Source: Acutalibacteraceae bacterium
GTDB lineage: Bacteria > Bacillota > Clostridia > Oscillospirales > Acutalibacteraceae
Direction: 5' to 3'
NCBI GenBank assembly: GCA_045590775.1
Contig: JAZNRN010000062.1
Span: 1-48,093, forward strand
DNA length: 48,093 nt
Shown: positions 23,635-33,091 of the stretch, one piece after another
Numbering within the stretch: position 1 is the stretch's first letter
Layout: each line of letters starts with the position of its first letter
The notes under the pieces: generated by a model
What the model saw: the letters and a program-made list of their open reading frames with translations, nothing else
Database searches by the model: none
What the model was told of the DNA's origin: nothing
Made by a program: the position numbers and the translations under genes

Positions 23635-24522
23635 ATGAAAAAATGTGTATTTGAAGGTATGGCAACTGCCCTTATAACTCCTCTTACAGAAAACGGTATT
23701 GATTATGATGCTTTCGGTAAGGTAATTGATTGGCAGATTGAAAAGGGAATAGATGCTCTTGTAATCTGCGGTACAACAGGTGAAGGCTCAACCCTTACCG
23801 ATGCTGAGCATAAAGAAGCAATAAAATTTGCAGTAGAAAAGGCTAACAAAAGAGTTCCCATAATTGCAGGCACAGGCTCAAACGATGCAGCTTACGCACT
23901 TGAGCTTACTGAGTATGCTTGTAAGGTGGGTGCCGATGCGGTATTGGTGGTTACACCTTATTACAACAAGGCCACTCAAAACGGACTTATTAAGCTCTTT
24001 ACTAAAATCGCAGATGCTTCAACTGCACCCGTAATTCTTTACGATGTGCCCTCAAGAACGGGCGTTGCATTAGAACCTAAAACCGTTGCCGAGCTTTCCA
24101 AGCATCCTAATATTGTAGGCTTAAAGGCGGCTTCGGGCAATATTTCAAAGATTGCCGAAACAATAGCACTTTGTGGTGATGATTTTTATGTTTATTCGGG
24201 CAATGATGACCAAGTAGTACCTATTATGTCGCTTGGCGGAAAGGGCTGTATTTCAGTTCTTTCAAATGTTTTGCCGACCGAAGCATCACTTATGTGCAAA
24301 AAGTTTTTCGAGGGCGATGTTAAGGGTGCTTGTAAGATGCAGCTTGAGTATTTGCCGCTTATAAATGCTCTTTTCAGTGAGGTTAATCCTATTCCGGTAA
24401 AAGCCGCAATGGCAAAAATGGGCTTTTGTGAGGATTATTTAAGACTTCCGCTCACTTCTATGGAAACCTCACACAAGGAAGTATTATTTGATGAAATGCG
24501 TAAGGCAGGTATAAATATTTAA
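23635..24522 (+). CDS. dapA: 4-hydroxy-tetrahydrodipicolinate synthase
   Basis: ALVICGTTGEGSTLT, PYYNK and the GLKAASGN active-site Lys. Confidence 0.95.
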   Translation: MKKCVFEGMATALITPLTENGIDYDAFGKVIDWQIEKGIDALVICGTTGEGSTLTDAEHKEAIKFAVEKANKRVPIIAGTGSNDAAYALELTEYACKVGADAVLVVTPYYNKATQNGLIKLFTKIADASTAPVILYDVPSRTGVALEPKTVAELSKHPNIVGLKAASGNISKIAETIALCGDDFYVYSGNDDQVVPIMSLGGKGCISVLSNVLPTEASLMCKKFFEGDVKGACKMQLEYLPLINALFSEVNPIPVKAAMAKMGFCEDYLRLPLTSMETSHKEVLFDEMRKAGINI

Positions 24523-25817
24523 TGATTTGCGATAACCTTTCTATAAACGAAAAAGGACATCTTACCTTTGCAGGCTTTGATACGGTGGAATTGGCCGAAA
24601 AATACGGAACACCGCTTTATGTGATGGATGAAAATAAAATCAGAGAGCATATTCGTACATATAAAACCGCTATGCAGAAGTATTTTCCCGCAGGTTCGAT
24701 ACCCGAATTTGCTTCAAAAGCCTTGTCAATTAAGCAAATGTATCGAATTTTAAAGGAAGAAGAAATCGATGCGGATGTGGTATCATGCGGTGAAATTTAT
24801 ACCGCCTTTGCGGCCGGTTTTCCTATGAGCAGGGTCTTTTTTCACGGTAACAACAAAACCGACAGCGATATTGAGTTTGCACTTAAAAAAGGTGTGGGTT
24901 ATTTCGTTTGCGATAATAAGGATGAAGTTATTGCTCTTGATAATATGGCAAAGGATTTCGGAATAAGGCAGAATGTTCTGCTTCGTGTAACTCCCGGAAT
25001 CGACCCTCACACGCACAAAAAAATATCGACGGGTTCGGTTGACTCCAAGTTTGGTGTTGCTATTGAAAACGGTCAAGCGCTTGAGCTTACAAAGGAGATT
25101 TTGTCGTGTGATAATTTAAAACTTGTTGGTTTTCATTGTCATATTGGCTCCCAAATTTTTGAAAGTGAACCGTTTATTACTGCTGCAGAAATTATGATAA
25201 AATTTATTTCTGATGTAGAAAAGAAGCTTTCTTACAAAATACAAATGCTCAATTTAGGTGGCGGCTTCGGTGTCAGATATTTAGAAAGTGAGCCTCAAAT
25301 CGACTATGCCGAAAAAATTGAGGAATTAGCAAAAGCTATTGATAAAATATGTAAGAAAAATATCATTGAAACACCGATTATTCATTTAGAACCTGGCAGA
25401 AGTCTCGTTGCTGATGCGGGTCTTACTCTTTATAAAATCGGCTCTGTAAAGGAAATTAAGGACCATAAAAACTATGTTTCAATAGACGGCGGTATGGCGG
25501 ACAATCCACGTTTCACTCTCTATGAATCGCCCTATACCGTAATGCTCGCTTCAAGAGCCGATGCAAAATGCGATTTTTGCGCCGATATTGCAGGAAGATG
25601 CTGTGAATCGGGCGATATAATTCAAGAAAACGTATTTTTGCCAAAGCCACAAAGAAATGAAATTTTAGCAGTTCTTACAACCGGTGCTTATAATTATTCT
25701 ATGGCATCAAATTACAACCGACTTGCCAAGCCACCCGTTGTAATGCTTAAAGACGGTGAGGACTATCTCGCAGTTAAAAGAGAAAATTTCGAGGATATAA
25801 TTAGTCTTGATGTTTGA
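24522..25817 (+). CDS. lysA: diaminopimelate decarboxylase
   Basis: The PLP Lys context is FASKAL, with GGGFGV and CESGD also present. The start overlaps the dapA stop. Confidence 0.93.
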   Translation: MICDNLSINEKGHLTFAGFDTVELAEKYGTPLYVMDENKIREHIRTYKTAMQKYFPAGSIPEFASKALSIKQMYRILKEEEIDADVVSCGEIYTAFAAGFPMSRVFFHGNNKTDSDIEFALKKGVGYFVCDNKDEVIALDNMAKDFGIRQNVLLRVTPGIDPHTHKKISTGSVDSKFGVAIENGQALELTKEILSCDNLKLVGFHCHIGSQIFESEPFITAAEIMIKFISDVEKKLSYKIQMLNLGGGFGVRYLESEPQIDYAEKIEELAKAIDKICKKNIIETPIIHLEPGRSLVADAGLTLYKIGSVKEIKDHKNYVSIDGGMADNPRFTLYESPYTVMLASRADAKCDFCADIAGRCCESGDIIQENVFLPKPQRNEILAVLTTGAYNYSMASNYNRLAKPPVVMLKDGEDYLAVKRENFEDIISLDV

Positions 25818-25827
25818 TGGAGAAAAT

Positions 25828-26487
25828 ATGGTAAATTTAGGAAACGATTGGGACAATATTTTAAGTGATGAGTGGAAAAAGCCTTATTACAAGGCTTTGC
25901 GTGAATTTTTAAAGACCGAATATACAAATAAAACTGTTTACCCTAATATGAATGATATATTTAATGCCCTTAAATATACCTCATATAAGGATACAAAGGT
26001 GGTAATTATTGGCCAGGATCCGTATCATGGTCAAGGACAGGCACATGGACTTTGTTTTTCTGTAAATGATAAGGTTAAATTTCCTCCTTCACTTCGCAAT
26101 ATTTTCAAAGAGCTAAATTCCGATGTCGCCAAAGAAATTCCTGAAAGCGGTAACCTCACCTCTTGGGCACAGCAGGGCGTGTTGCTGCTTAATGCGGTTT
26201 TGACTGTTCGTGAAGGTGAGCCGACAAGTCATAAGGATAAGGGCTGGGAAACATTTACTGACCGGGTAATTTCGGAGCTTAACAAAAAAGAAACTCCCGT
26301 CGTTTTCTTGCTTTGGGGCGCTTATGCTCAAAAAAAGGCAGAAATTATAACCAATCCTATACATAAAAAGTTGTTGTCAGTTCATCCAAGCCCCTTGTCT
26401 GCAAGTCGTGGCTTTTTTGGATGTCGCCATTTTTCAAAAACAAATAAAATACTTGAAAATGCAGGATTTAATACCATAAAATGGTAA
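25828..26487 (+). CDS. ung: uracil-DNA glycosylase (family 1)
   Basis: [17 protein letters not shown] and HPSPLSA. The ATG at 25828 follows GGAGAA. Confidence 0.93.
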   Translation: MVNLGNDWDNILSDEWKKPYYKALREFLKTEYTNKTVYPNMNDIFNALKYTSYKDTKVVIIGQDPYHGQGQAHGLCFSVNDKVKFPPSLRNIFKELNSDVAKEIPESGNLTSWAQQGVLLLNAVLTVREGEPTSHKDKGWETFTDRVISELNKKETPVVFLLWGAYAQKKAEIITNPIHKKLLSVHPSPLSASRGFFGCRHFSKTNKILENAGFNTIKW

Positions 26488-26490
26488 ATA

Positions 26491-26519
26491 TTGACATTTT
26501 CTGCTCTTTGTGATAAAAT
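26491..26519 (+). promoter_or_regulatory. sigma-A promoter for abrB
   Basis: TTGACA-N17-TAAAAT with an extended TG. Confidence 0.55.
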
Positions 26520-26545
26520 AATTGCGTGATTTTGGAGGTGCTTTT

Positions 26546-26815
26546 ATGAAATCAACGGGAATGGTAAGAGCAGTCGATAGAATGGGAAGAGTTGTAATCC
26601 CAAAGGAAATTCGTGCACAATTAGGTATTCAAAACGATATTGATAGTTTTGAAATATATATGGAGGACGACAAGGTAGTGCTTAAAAAATATCGTCCTAC
26701 CTGCATTTTTTGTGATTCTCTTAAAAACTTGGTCAACCTAAACGGACACAATATATGTAAAGACTGTATTGAAAAGTTAGAGGTTTTAAAAGCTGAAGAA
26801 TTAAATGAAGAATAA
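26546..26815 (+). CDS. abrB: AbrB family transition-state regulator (clostridial type with a C-terminal CxxC...CxxC)
   Basis: MKSTGMVRAVDRMGRVVIPKEIRAQLGI is the SpoVT/AbrB swapped-hairpin domain. The C-terminus has CIFCDS...ICKDCI. The RBS is GGAGGTG. Confidence 0.9.
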   Translation: MKSTGMVRAVDRMGRVVIPKEIRAQLGIQNDIDSFEIYMEDDKVVLKKYRPTCIFCDSLKNLVNLNGHNICKDCIEKLEVLKAEELNEE

Positions 26816-26817
26816 AC

Positions 26818-26857
26818 ATTCCGCAGAAGATTTAGTCTTCTGCGGAATTGTTTATTT
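26818..26857. terminator. bidirectional terminator after abrB
   Basis: attccgcagaag-atttagt-cttctgcggaat forms a 12-bp stem with a T-rich tail. Confidence 0.8.
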
Positions 26858-26978
26858 ATAATAATGTCGTTATCCAATAAATAACCCCATAAATAACGCT
26901 TGCGATGGTACCGTAAAGAATTACAGGGCCTGCGATTTTAAACATATTTGCACCAACGCCGAGGACAAATCCCTCTGC
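26856..26978 (-). pseudogene. orphan 3' fragment of a spoVAC-like gene (last 40 codons plus stop)
   Basis: It translates to AEGFVLGVGANMFKIAGPVILYGTIASVIYGVIYWITTLL*. It matches 28048-28170 at 107 of 123 nt by hand alignment, including a 39-nt identical block. There is no upstream coding continuation. Confidence 0.8.
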
Positions 26979-27025
26979 TTGTCTCAACTTAGGATCAATT
27001 AGTTTGCAAAAACATTTACATTAAA

Positions 27026-28009
27026 ATGGCAGTGTGGTATAATGAAAACCATGAGGTGACTATTGTGGGTAAAAAACATACACATAATATTGATGATTTT
27101 ATAAAAAGTATTACCGAGATTAAAAAGGAATATCAAAAAGAAAATAGTGTTGAAGAATTAGCAAAAAATCTACTCATAATTGCAAAAAAATATCATAACT
27201 ATATGGGAATTGGGGATTACTTGCTCACATTAGGTGAAGAATATATATCAAACAATGACTATTTGGCAGGGGTTACTTTTATAAAAATCGTAGACGAATA
27301 TTATGATTATGTTGCTAACACCACCCTTTTAAATTTAAGAATGGCAGAATATCATATAGAAAACAATGAAATTGAAATTGGAATTGAATATTTACTTAAG
27401 CTATGTTCCGACGTCAGCAATTATGAAGAATCGATTGGATTTAATGAATTAACTGCAGTGTGGGAAAAATATAAACATTTAGTTAAAGATAAAGTTCCTG
27501 CATCTGTCACAATAAATTCTTTCAATGCTCCTTTAAAACCCGAAGAATGCAGTGTAATGATAGATAAGATATTTTCTCTTCCAAAGTCAGAGATTATTAA
27601 TGAACTTTCTGCACATATAAACGAATTATCGGCAAATGGAAACGAACTAAGCCATCTCAATAAAACGGAAAAAGTATTTTACTATATAGATGAACTTTGT
27701 GCCGAAGTAAATTCAGGTGGATTCGAATCATATTTATACTATAACGGCAATCATTTTCAAAATGTCATCGATTCATTACAAATTATTAAAGCTGTTGAAA
27801 TGTTGTTATTGATAAAAACTATTCAATCTAAATTTCCCAAAAACAAAGTACCCAAATCATTGAACAGCATTCAAAATATTATGGATTCATTAGAAGAAAA
27901 AGGAATAGATTTTGAAATTGAAGATACACAGTTTTATGAGACACAAGAAAGAACGTTGCTTGCTCTTCTGCTTGATTATGTTCTCGAAAATAAAAATCTT
28001 TTTAGATAA
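27026..28009 (+). CDS. DUF4375/DMP19-like protein (C-terminal half) with an N-terminal helical-repeat region
   Basis: C-terminal FYYIDELCAEVNSGGFESYLYYNGNHF resembles the DMP19/DUF4375 NGGF-x-Y motif. The gene is visibly more A/T-rich than its neighbours. An alternative GTG start at 27065 lies 6 nt after GAGGTG. Confidence 0.5.
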   Translation: MAVWYNENHEVTIVGKKHTHNIDDFIKSITEIKKEYQKENSVEELAKNLLIIAKKYHNYMGIGDYLLTLGEEYISNNDYLAGVTFIKIVDEYYDYVANTTLLNLRMAEYHIENNEIEIGIEYLLKLCSDVSNYEESIGFNELTAVWEKYKHLVKDKVPASVTINSFNAPLKPEECSVMIDKIFSLPKSEIINELSAHINELSANGNELSHLNKTEKVFYYIDELCAEVNSGGFESYLYYNGNHFQNVIDSLQIIKAVEMLLLIKTIQSKFPKNKVPKSLNSIQNIMDSLEEKGIDFEIEDTQFYETQERTLLALLLDYVLENKNLFR

Positions 28010-28011
28010 CA

Positions 28012-28041
28012 AATACCCGATAGTAGCAGCTATCGGGTATT
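28012..28041. terminator. hairpin between convergent genes
   Basis: atacccgatag-tagcag-ctatcgggtat forms an 11-12 bp stem. The U-tracts are weak. Confidence 0.5.
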
Positions 28042-28047
28042 ATCATG

Positions 28048-28485
28048 TTAAAACAATATCGTTATCCAATAAATAACCCCATAAATAACGCTTGCGACGG
28101 TACCGTAAAGAATCACAGGCCCTGCAATTTTGAACATATTAGCCCCTACACCTAAAACAAAGCCCTCTGCCTTGAATTCAATAGCGGGGGATACAACTGC
28201 ATTTGCAAAACCTGTAATCGGTACCAATGTACCTGCGCCCGCATGCTTTGCGATTTTATCAAAGAGTTTGAATGCAGTAAGCAATGCTGACGCAAAAATG
28301 AGGGTTATCGGCACCAAAACGGTGGCTGTTTCTTCGGGTATATTAAGTATTAAATACAGCTCTTTAAATAGTTGACCTATAACACAAATCAATCCGCCTA
28401 CACAATAAGCCAAAATGAAGTCTTTGATTTTGGGCGATGGAGGTGAAGCCTTTTTAACAAGCTTTGCATATTCGTTTTTATCCAT
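28048..28485 (-). CDS. spoVAC: stage V sporulation protein AC
   Basis: A 145-aa, 4-TM SpoVAC/SpoVAEB family protein (FILAYCVGGLICVIGQ..., GAGTLVPITGFAN, FKIAGPVILYG). The RBS is AGGAGTGG. Confidence 0.85.
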   Translation of the reverse strand: MDKNEYAKLVKKASPPSPKIKDFILAYCVGGLICVIGQLFKELYLILNIPEETATVLVPITLIFASALLTAFKLFDKIAKHAGAGTLVPITGFANAVVSPAIEFKAEGFVLGVGANMFKIAGPVILYGTVASVIYGVIYWITILF

Positions 28486-28542
28486 AAAAAAACCACTCCT
28501 AATATTGCTATTTTAAGCATTCGGAGTGGTTTTATACATATT

Positions 28543-29139
28543 TTAGATTGTTTTAATTTCGATTGCTTCAATTACAACATCGTTTATCGGCTTATCAGCG
28601 GCGCCAACCTGTACATTTGCAATTTTATCTACAACATCCATACCGTCCGTTACCTGACCGAAAACAGTGTGTCTGAAGTCAAGCCAAGGTGTTCCGCCTA
28701 ATTCTTTATAAGATTCGATAACTTCTTGTGAAAAAGCAGAGGGCATTTCCTTCATTTGTTCAATCAAATGTTCGGGTACAGTATTTGCCTGTACAATAAA
28801 GAACTGACTTCCGTTGGTGTTGGGGCCGGCATTTGCCATAGATAAAGCACCACGAAGATTATGAAGCTTTGGGTCAAATTCGTCGGGGAAGGCTTTACCC
28901 CAAATTGATTCACCGCCCATGCCTGTGCCTGTCGGGTCGCCGCCTTGAATCATAAAGTCCTTAATAACTCTATGGAAAATTAGTCCGTTATAATAGCCAT
29001 CTTTTGCGTGGGTTGTAAAGTTTTCTACTGTTTTTGGGGCTTCTGCGGCGAAAAGCTTTATTGTGATTTCGCCCATATTTGTTTTCATTACAGCGACAGT
29101 ATCGCCTGTCTTTAGATTTTCAACTTGATAATTTGACAT
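28543..29139 (-). CDS. ppiB: peptidyl-prolyl cis-trans isomerase (cyclophilin type)
   Basis: [15 protein letters not shown] and [16 protein letters not shown]. Confidence 0.93.
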   Translation of the reverse strand: MSNYQVENLKTGDTVAVMKTNMGEITIKLFAAEAPKTVENFTTHAKDGYYNGLIFHRVIKDFMIQGGDPTGTGMGGESIWGKAFPDEFDPKLHNLRGALSMANAGPNTNGSQFFIVQANTVPEHLIEQMKEMPSAFSQEVIESYKELGGTPWLDFRHTVFGQVTDGMDVVDKIANVQVGAADKPINDVVIEAIEIKTI

Positions 29140-29215
29140 AAAAACGCTCCTTTTTTAGTGTTTACCATTATATTTTAACAGCAAAGCATATATTTCGCAA
29201 CACTTAATTTAATGC

Positions 29216-29244
29216 TTGTAATTTACCACAATATATAGTATAAT
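29216..29244 (+). promoter_or_regulatory. sigma-A promoter for the nrdR operon
   Basis: TTGTAA-N17-TATAAT. Confidence 0.45.
29226..29241. promoter_or_regulatory. candidate NrdR box overlapping the nrdR promoter
   Basis: ccacaatatatagtat matches 14 of 16 positions of the published palindrome acaCwAtATaTwGtgt. I did not find a convincing second box. Confidence 0.3.
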
Positions 29245-29285
29245 TACATAGATAATATCAACATTTACAAAAGGGGAATAGAATT

Positions 29286-29741
29286 ATGAAATGTCCTTTC
29301 TGCAGCTTTGAAGAAAGCAAGGTTATTGATTCACGCCCGACCGATGAAGGTCAACGTATCAGAAGAAGGAGAGAGTGTCTCGAGTGCGGTAAGAGATTTA
29401 CTACCTATGAAATAATTGAAAGTCTTCCAATTATTGTTATTAAAAAGGATAAATCTCGTGAAACCTTTAACAGAGAAAAGCTTATGACGGGTCTATTACG
29501 TGCTTGTGAAAAGCGACCTGTTTCTATTGATATGCTCGACAAAATGATTGATGACATTGAGGTTATTATACAAAACTCACTTGACCGTGAGGTAAGCAGT
29601 GAAAAAATCGGTGAGCTTGTAATGGATAAGCTCAAGAAAATTGATGAAGTGGCATACGTGCGTTTTGCTTCGGTTTATCGTCAGTTTAAGGATATTAACA
29701 CTTTTATGACCGAGCTTAATAAACTTCTTTGTGAGGAATAA
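29286..29741 (+). CDS. nrdR: transcriptional repressor NrdR
   Basis: Zinc ribbon MKCPFCSF...[12 protein letters not shown] plus an ATP-cone. Confidence 0.95.
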   Translation: MKCPFCSFEESKVIDSRPTDEGQRIRRRRECLECGKRFTTYEIIESLPIIVIKKDKSRETFNREKLMTGLLRACEKRPVSIDMLDKMIDDIEVIIQNSLDREVSSEKIGELVMDKLKKIDEVAYVRFASVYRQFKDINTFMTELNKLLCEE

Positions 29742-29743
29742 TA

Positions 29744-31345
29744 ATGAGCGACAACTTAAAATTAGCAGAACTTTTATTGCCCGATATTGATAAAACACCT
29801 GATTATTACGAAAATTTATATCCCGCACGTGATTTGCCCGAGGGCGCACGTGTCACAAGAATAGCTCCAAGTCCTACGGGTTATCTACATTTAGGTACGC
29901 TTTTTGCGGCACTTGTAAATAGAATTACCGCAACCTCGACCGGCGGTGTTTTCTATACGAGAATTGAGGATACCGATAAAAAACGTGAGATTACGGGCGG
30001 TATAGAGGATATTATTGACGGGCTCAACCGTTTTGGTATTTCTATTGATGAAGGCTTTATTTCAGGTGAGGAGCAAAGAGGTAATTACGGTCCTTACAAG
30101 CAAAGTGAACGAGCTGAAATTTACCAAACCTATGTAAAAGAGCTTATACGTAAAGGGCTTGCATACCCTTGCTTTTGCACTGCCGAGGATTTAGAAAAAG
30201 TAAGAAACGAGCAAGAATCACAAAAGCTCAAGACCGGATATTACGGAAAATTTGCAAAGCATAGAGATATTACTTATGACAAGGCAAAGGCTTTAATAGA
30301 TGAGGGCAAACCTTTTGTTGTAAGATTAAAATCTCCCGGCAATGAAGAAAATAAAATTGTTTTTGATGATGCTGTAAAGGGCAAAATTGAAATGCCCGAA
30401 AATGATGAGGATATAGTTTTACTTAAATCTGACGGTATTCCGACATATCATTTTGCACACGCAGTTGATGATCACTTAATGCACACAACACACGTACTTC
30501 GAGGGGACGAGTGGATTTCCTCGGTGCCAAAGCATATTCAATTATTCAAGCTTTTAGGCTTTAAACCTCCGAAATACGGACATATTTCCCCTATAATGAA
30601 GCTTGACGGTGGTGCAAAACGCAAAATTTCTAAGCGTAAAGACCCCGAGGCTGCTGTTCATTTCTTTGCAGAGCAAGGGTATGACAGTGAGTGTGTTATA
30701 AACTATCTTATGACTGTTGCTGCCTCCGATTTTGAGGATTGGCGCAGAGCAAATCAGGATATGTCGTACAAAAGCTTTAAATTTAATCTTAAAAAAATGA
30801 GTGTTTCAGGTGCTTTATTTGACGAGGTCAAGCTTTTGGACGTCAGCAAAAATATGGTTGCAAAAATGAATAGCCAAACAGTATTAGAAAAGCTTTTAGC
30901 TTGGGCAAAAGAATTTGACAGTGAATATTATGAAATTTTGGCTCAGAATACCGAATATACAAAGGCGGTTCTTTCAATCGACCGTGATGTACCAAAGCCG
31001 AGAAAGGATATAGCACGTTGGAGTGAGTATAAAGAATACTTTGCTTATATGTTCGAGCAAACCTATATCTCGGCATTTGAGTTGCCCGAGAATGTTGATA
31101 TGTGCGATGCTATCGAATTTTTAAAGCTTTATAAAGAAGTGTATAATCCTGATGATGACAAGCAAGCTTGGTTTGATAAAATTAAGGATATTGCTCCAAA
31201 AATCGGTTTTGCTTCTGAAACAAAGCAATATAAGGCAGACCCCACAGCATATAAAGGTCACGCAGGTGATTTGAGTACAGTGCTTCGCCTTGCAATAACC
31301 GGTAGGAGAAACACCCCCGACCTTTGCAGTATTATGCAGGTTTAA
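29744..31345 (+). CDS. gltX: glutamate--tRNA ligase
   Basis: RIAPSPTGYLHLGT (HIGH region), KISKRK (KMSKS) and DGIPTYHFAHAVDD. Confidence 0.9.
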   Translation: MSDNLKLAELLLPDIDKTPDYYENLYPARDLPEGARVTRIAPSPTGYLHLGTLFAALVNRITATSTGGVFYTRIEDTDKKREITGGIEDIIDGLNRFGISIDEGFISGEEQRGNYGPYKQSERAEIYQTYVKELIRKGLAYPCFCTAEDLEKVRNEQESQKLKTGYYGKFAKHRDITYDKAKALIDEGKPFVVRLKSPGNEENKIVFDDAVKGKIEMPENDEDIVLLKSDGIPTYHFAHAVDDHLMHTTHVLRGDEWISSVPKHIQLFKLLGFKPPKYGHISPIMKLDGGAKRKISKRKDPEAAVHFFAEQGYDSECVINYLMTVAASDFEDWRRANQDMSYKSFKFNLKKMSVSGALFDEVKLLDVSKNMVAKMNSQTVLEKLLAWAKEFDSEYYEILAQNTEYTKAVLSIDRDVPKPRKDIARWSEYKEYFAYMFEQTYISAFELPENVDMCDAIEFLKLYKEVYNPDDDKQAWFDKIKDIAPKIGFASETKQYKADPTAYKGHAGDLSTVLRLAITGRRNTPDLCSIMQV

Positions 31346-31399
31346 GGTTATGATGAATGTATTAAACGAATTGATTTTATTTTGAAATAAGGGATAACG

Positions 31400-33088
31400 A
31401 TGGAAGAAAAAAATGTAAATTTAGAAGAAAATGTAATGCCCTCTAACTTTATTCACGATTTTATTGATGAGGATTTAAAGGAGGGTGTATATAAGAAGGT
31501 GCAAACTCGTTTTCCGCCCGAGCCTAACGGTTATTTGCATATTGGTCACGCAAAGGCTATTTGCATTGACTTTGCAACTGCTGAAAAGTATGGCGGAAAG
31601 TGTAATTTACGCCTTGATGATACCAACCCTACCAAAGAGGATGTTGAGTATGTTGATGCGATAAAAGAGGATATTGAATGGTTGGGCTTTAAGTGGGATA
31701 ACGTATATTTCGCTTCTGACTATTTTGATTTTATCTATGAGTGTGCTTTAAAGCTTATTGATAAGGGACTCGCTTACGTTGATGAGTCAACACCCGATGA
31801 AATCAGAGAAATGCGTGGTACCTTGACAGAACCCGGTGTGAATAGTCCCTATCGTGACAGACCGGTTGAAGAAACACGTGATTTGTTTAAGCGTATGACT
31901 GATGGCGAATTTGACAACGGTGCTATGGTGCTTCGTGCTAAAATTGACATGGCTTCGAGCAATATCAATATGCGTGACCCAATAATTTATCGTATTATGA
32001 AAGCTCACCACCACAGAACAGGGGACAAGTGGTGTGTTTATCCAATGTACGACTTTGCACACCCCTTAAGCGATGCAAAGGAGGGTGTTACACACTCACT
32101 TTGTTCACTTGAATTTGAAAATCATAGACCGCTTTACAATTGGTTTTTGGAAGTTTTGGAAATTCCGGAGGCTCCTCGCCAAATAGAGTTTGCAAGAATG
32201 AACGTAAACTATACCCTTACAAGTAAAAGAAAGTGCTTAAAGCTTGTAAATGACGGTTTAGTTTCGGGCTGGGATGATCCGCGAATGGCTACAATTTGCG
32301 GTATGCGCCGCCGTGGCTATCCGGCAGAAGCTGTTAGAAATTTTGTTGATAAAATCGGTGTTTCAAAGGCATACAGCGTTATTGACTATGCACTGCTCGA
32401 ATCCTGCGTTCGTGATTACTTAAACGAAAATGCCGACAGAGCAATGTCGGTGCTTCGCCCCTTAAAAGTTGTAATTGACAATTATCCCGAGGATAAAACC
32501 GATGAAATTTTGGTTGACATAAATCCAAATAAGCCCGAGCTTGGCAAAACAAAGGTAACCTTCTCTAAAGAAATATTTATAGAGCAGGATGACTTTATGT
32601 TAGACCCTCCCGGAAAATATTTCCGCCTTTGTCCTCAAAAAGAAGTACGTCTAAAAGGTGCGTATTATATTAAATATGCTTCACACGAAACCAACGAAAA
32701 CGGGAATATTACTGTTGTTCACGCAACCTATGACCCAGAAAGCTTTGGCGGGGAAACACCCGATGGAAGAAAGGTTAAGGGAACGCTTCATTGGGTAAGC
32801 GCTAAAACCTGTGAAAATTGTGAAGTCAGACTTTATGAGCGACTTTTCAATGTTCCGAATCCCAGCGATGAGGAAGGCGTTTCTTCTTTTGCAGACAATC
32901 TTAATCCCGAATCGCTTACTGTTTTATCTGACTGCAAGATTGATTCAACCCTTAAAAATGTGAAAGTAGGAGATACTTTCCAATTTATGCGCCAAGGCTA
33001 TTTTACTGTTGACAGCGATTCTACTTCCGATAAGATTGTATTCAATCGCACAGTAGCATTAAAAGATTCCTTTGTTAAGAAGGCATAA
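31400..33088 (+). CDS. glnS: glutamine--tRNA ligase
   Basis: RFPPEPNGYLHIGHAK, LTSKRK and a C-terminal anticodon-binding beta-barrel region. Confidence 0.9.
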   Translation: MEEKNVNLEENVMPSNFIHDFIDEDLKEGVYKKVQTRFPPEPNGYLHIGHAKAICIDFATAEKYGGKCNLRLDDTNPTKEDVEYVDAIKEDIEWLGFKWDNVYFASDYFDFIYECALKLIDKGLAYVDESTPDEIREMRGTLTEPGVNSPYRDRPVEETRDLFKRMTDGEFDNGAMVLRAKIDMASSNINMRDPIIYRIMKAHHHRTGDKWCVYPMYDFAHPLSDAKEGVTHSLCSLEFENHRPLYNWFLEVLEIPEAPRQIEFARMNVNYTLTSKRKCLKLVNDGLVSGWDDPRMATICGMRRRGYPAEAVRNFVDKIGVSKAYSVIDYALLESCVRDYLNENADRAMSVLRPLKVVIDNYPEDKTDEILVDINPNKPELGKTKVTFSKEIFIEQDDFMLDPPGKYFRLCPQKEVRLKGAYYIKYASHETNENGNITVVHATYDPESFGGETPDGRKVKGTLHWVSAKTCENCEVRLYERLFNVPNPSDEEGVSSFADNLNPESLTVLSDCKIDSTLKNVKVGDTFQFMRQGYFTVDSDSTSDKIVFNRTVALKDSFVKKA

Positions 33089-33091
33089 AGT

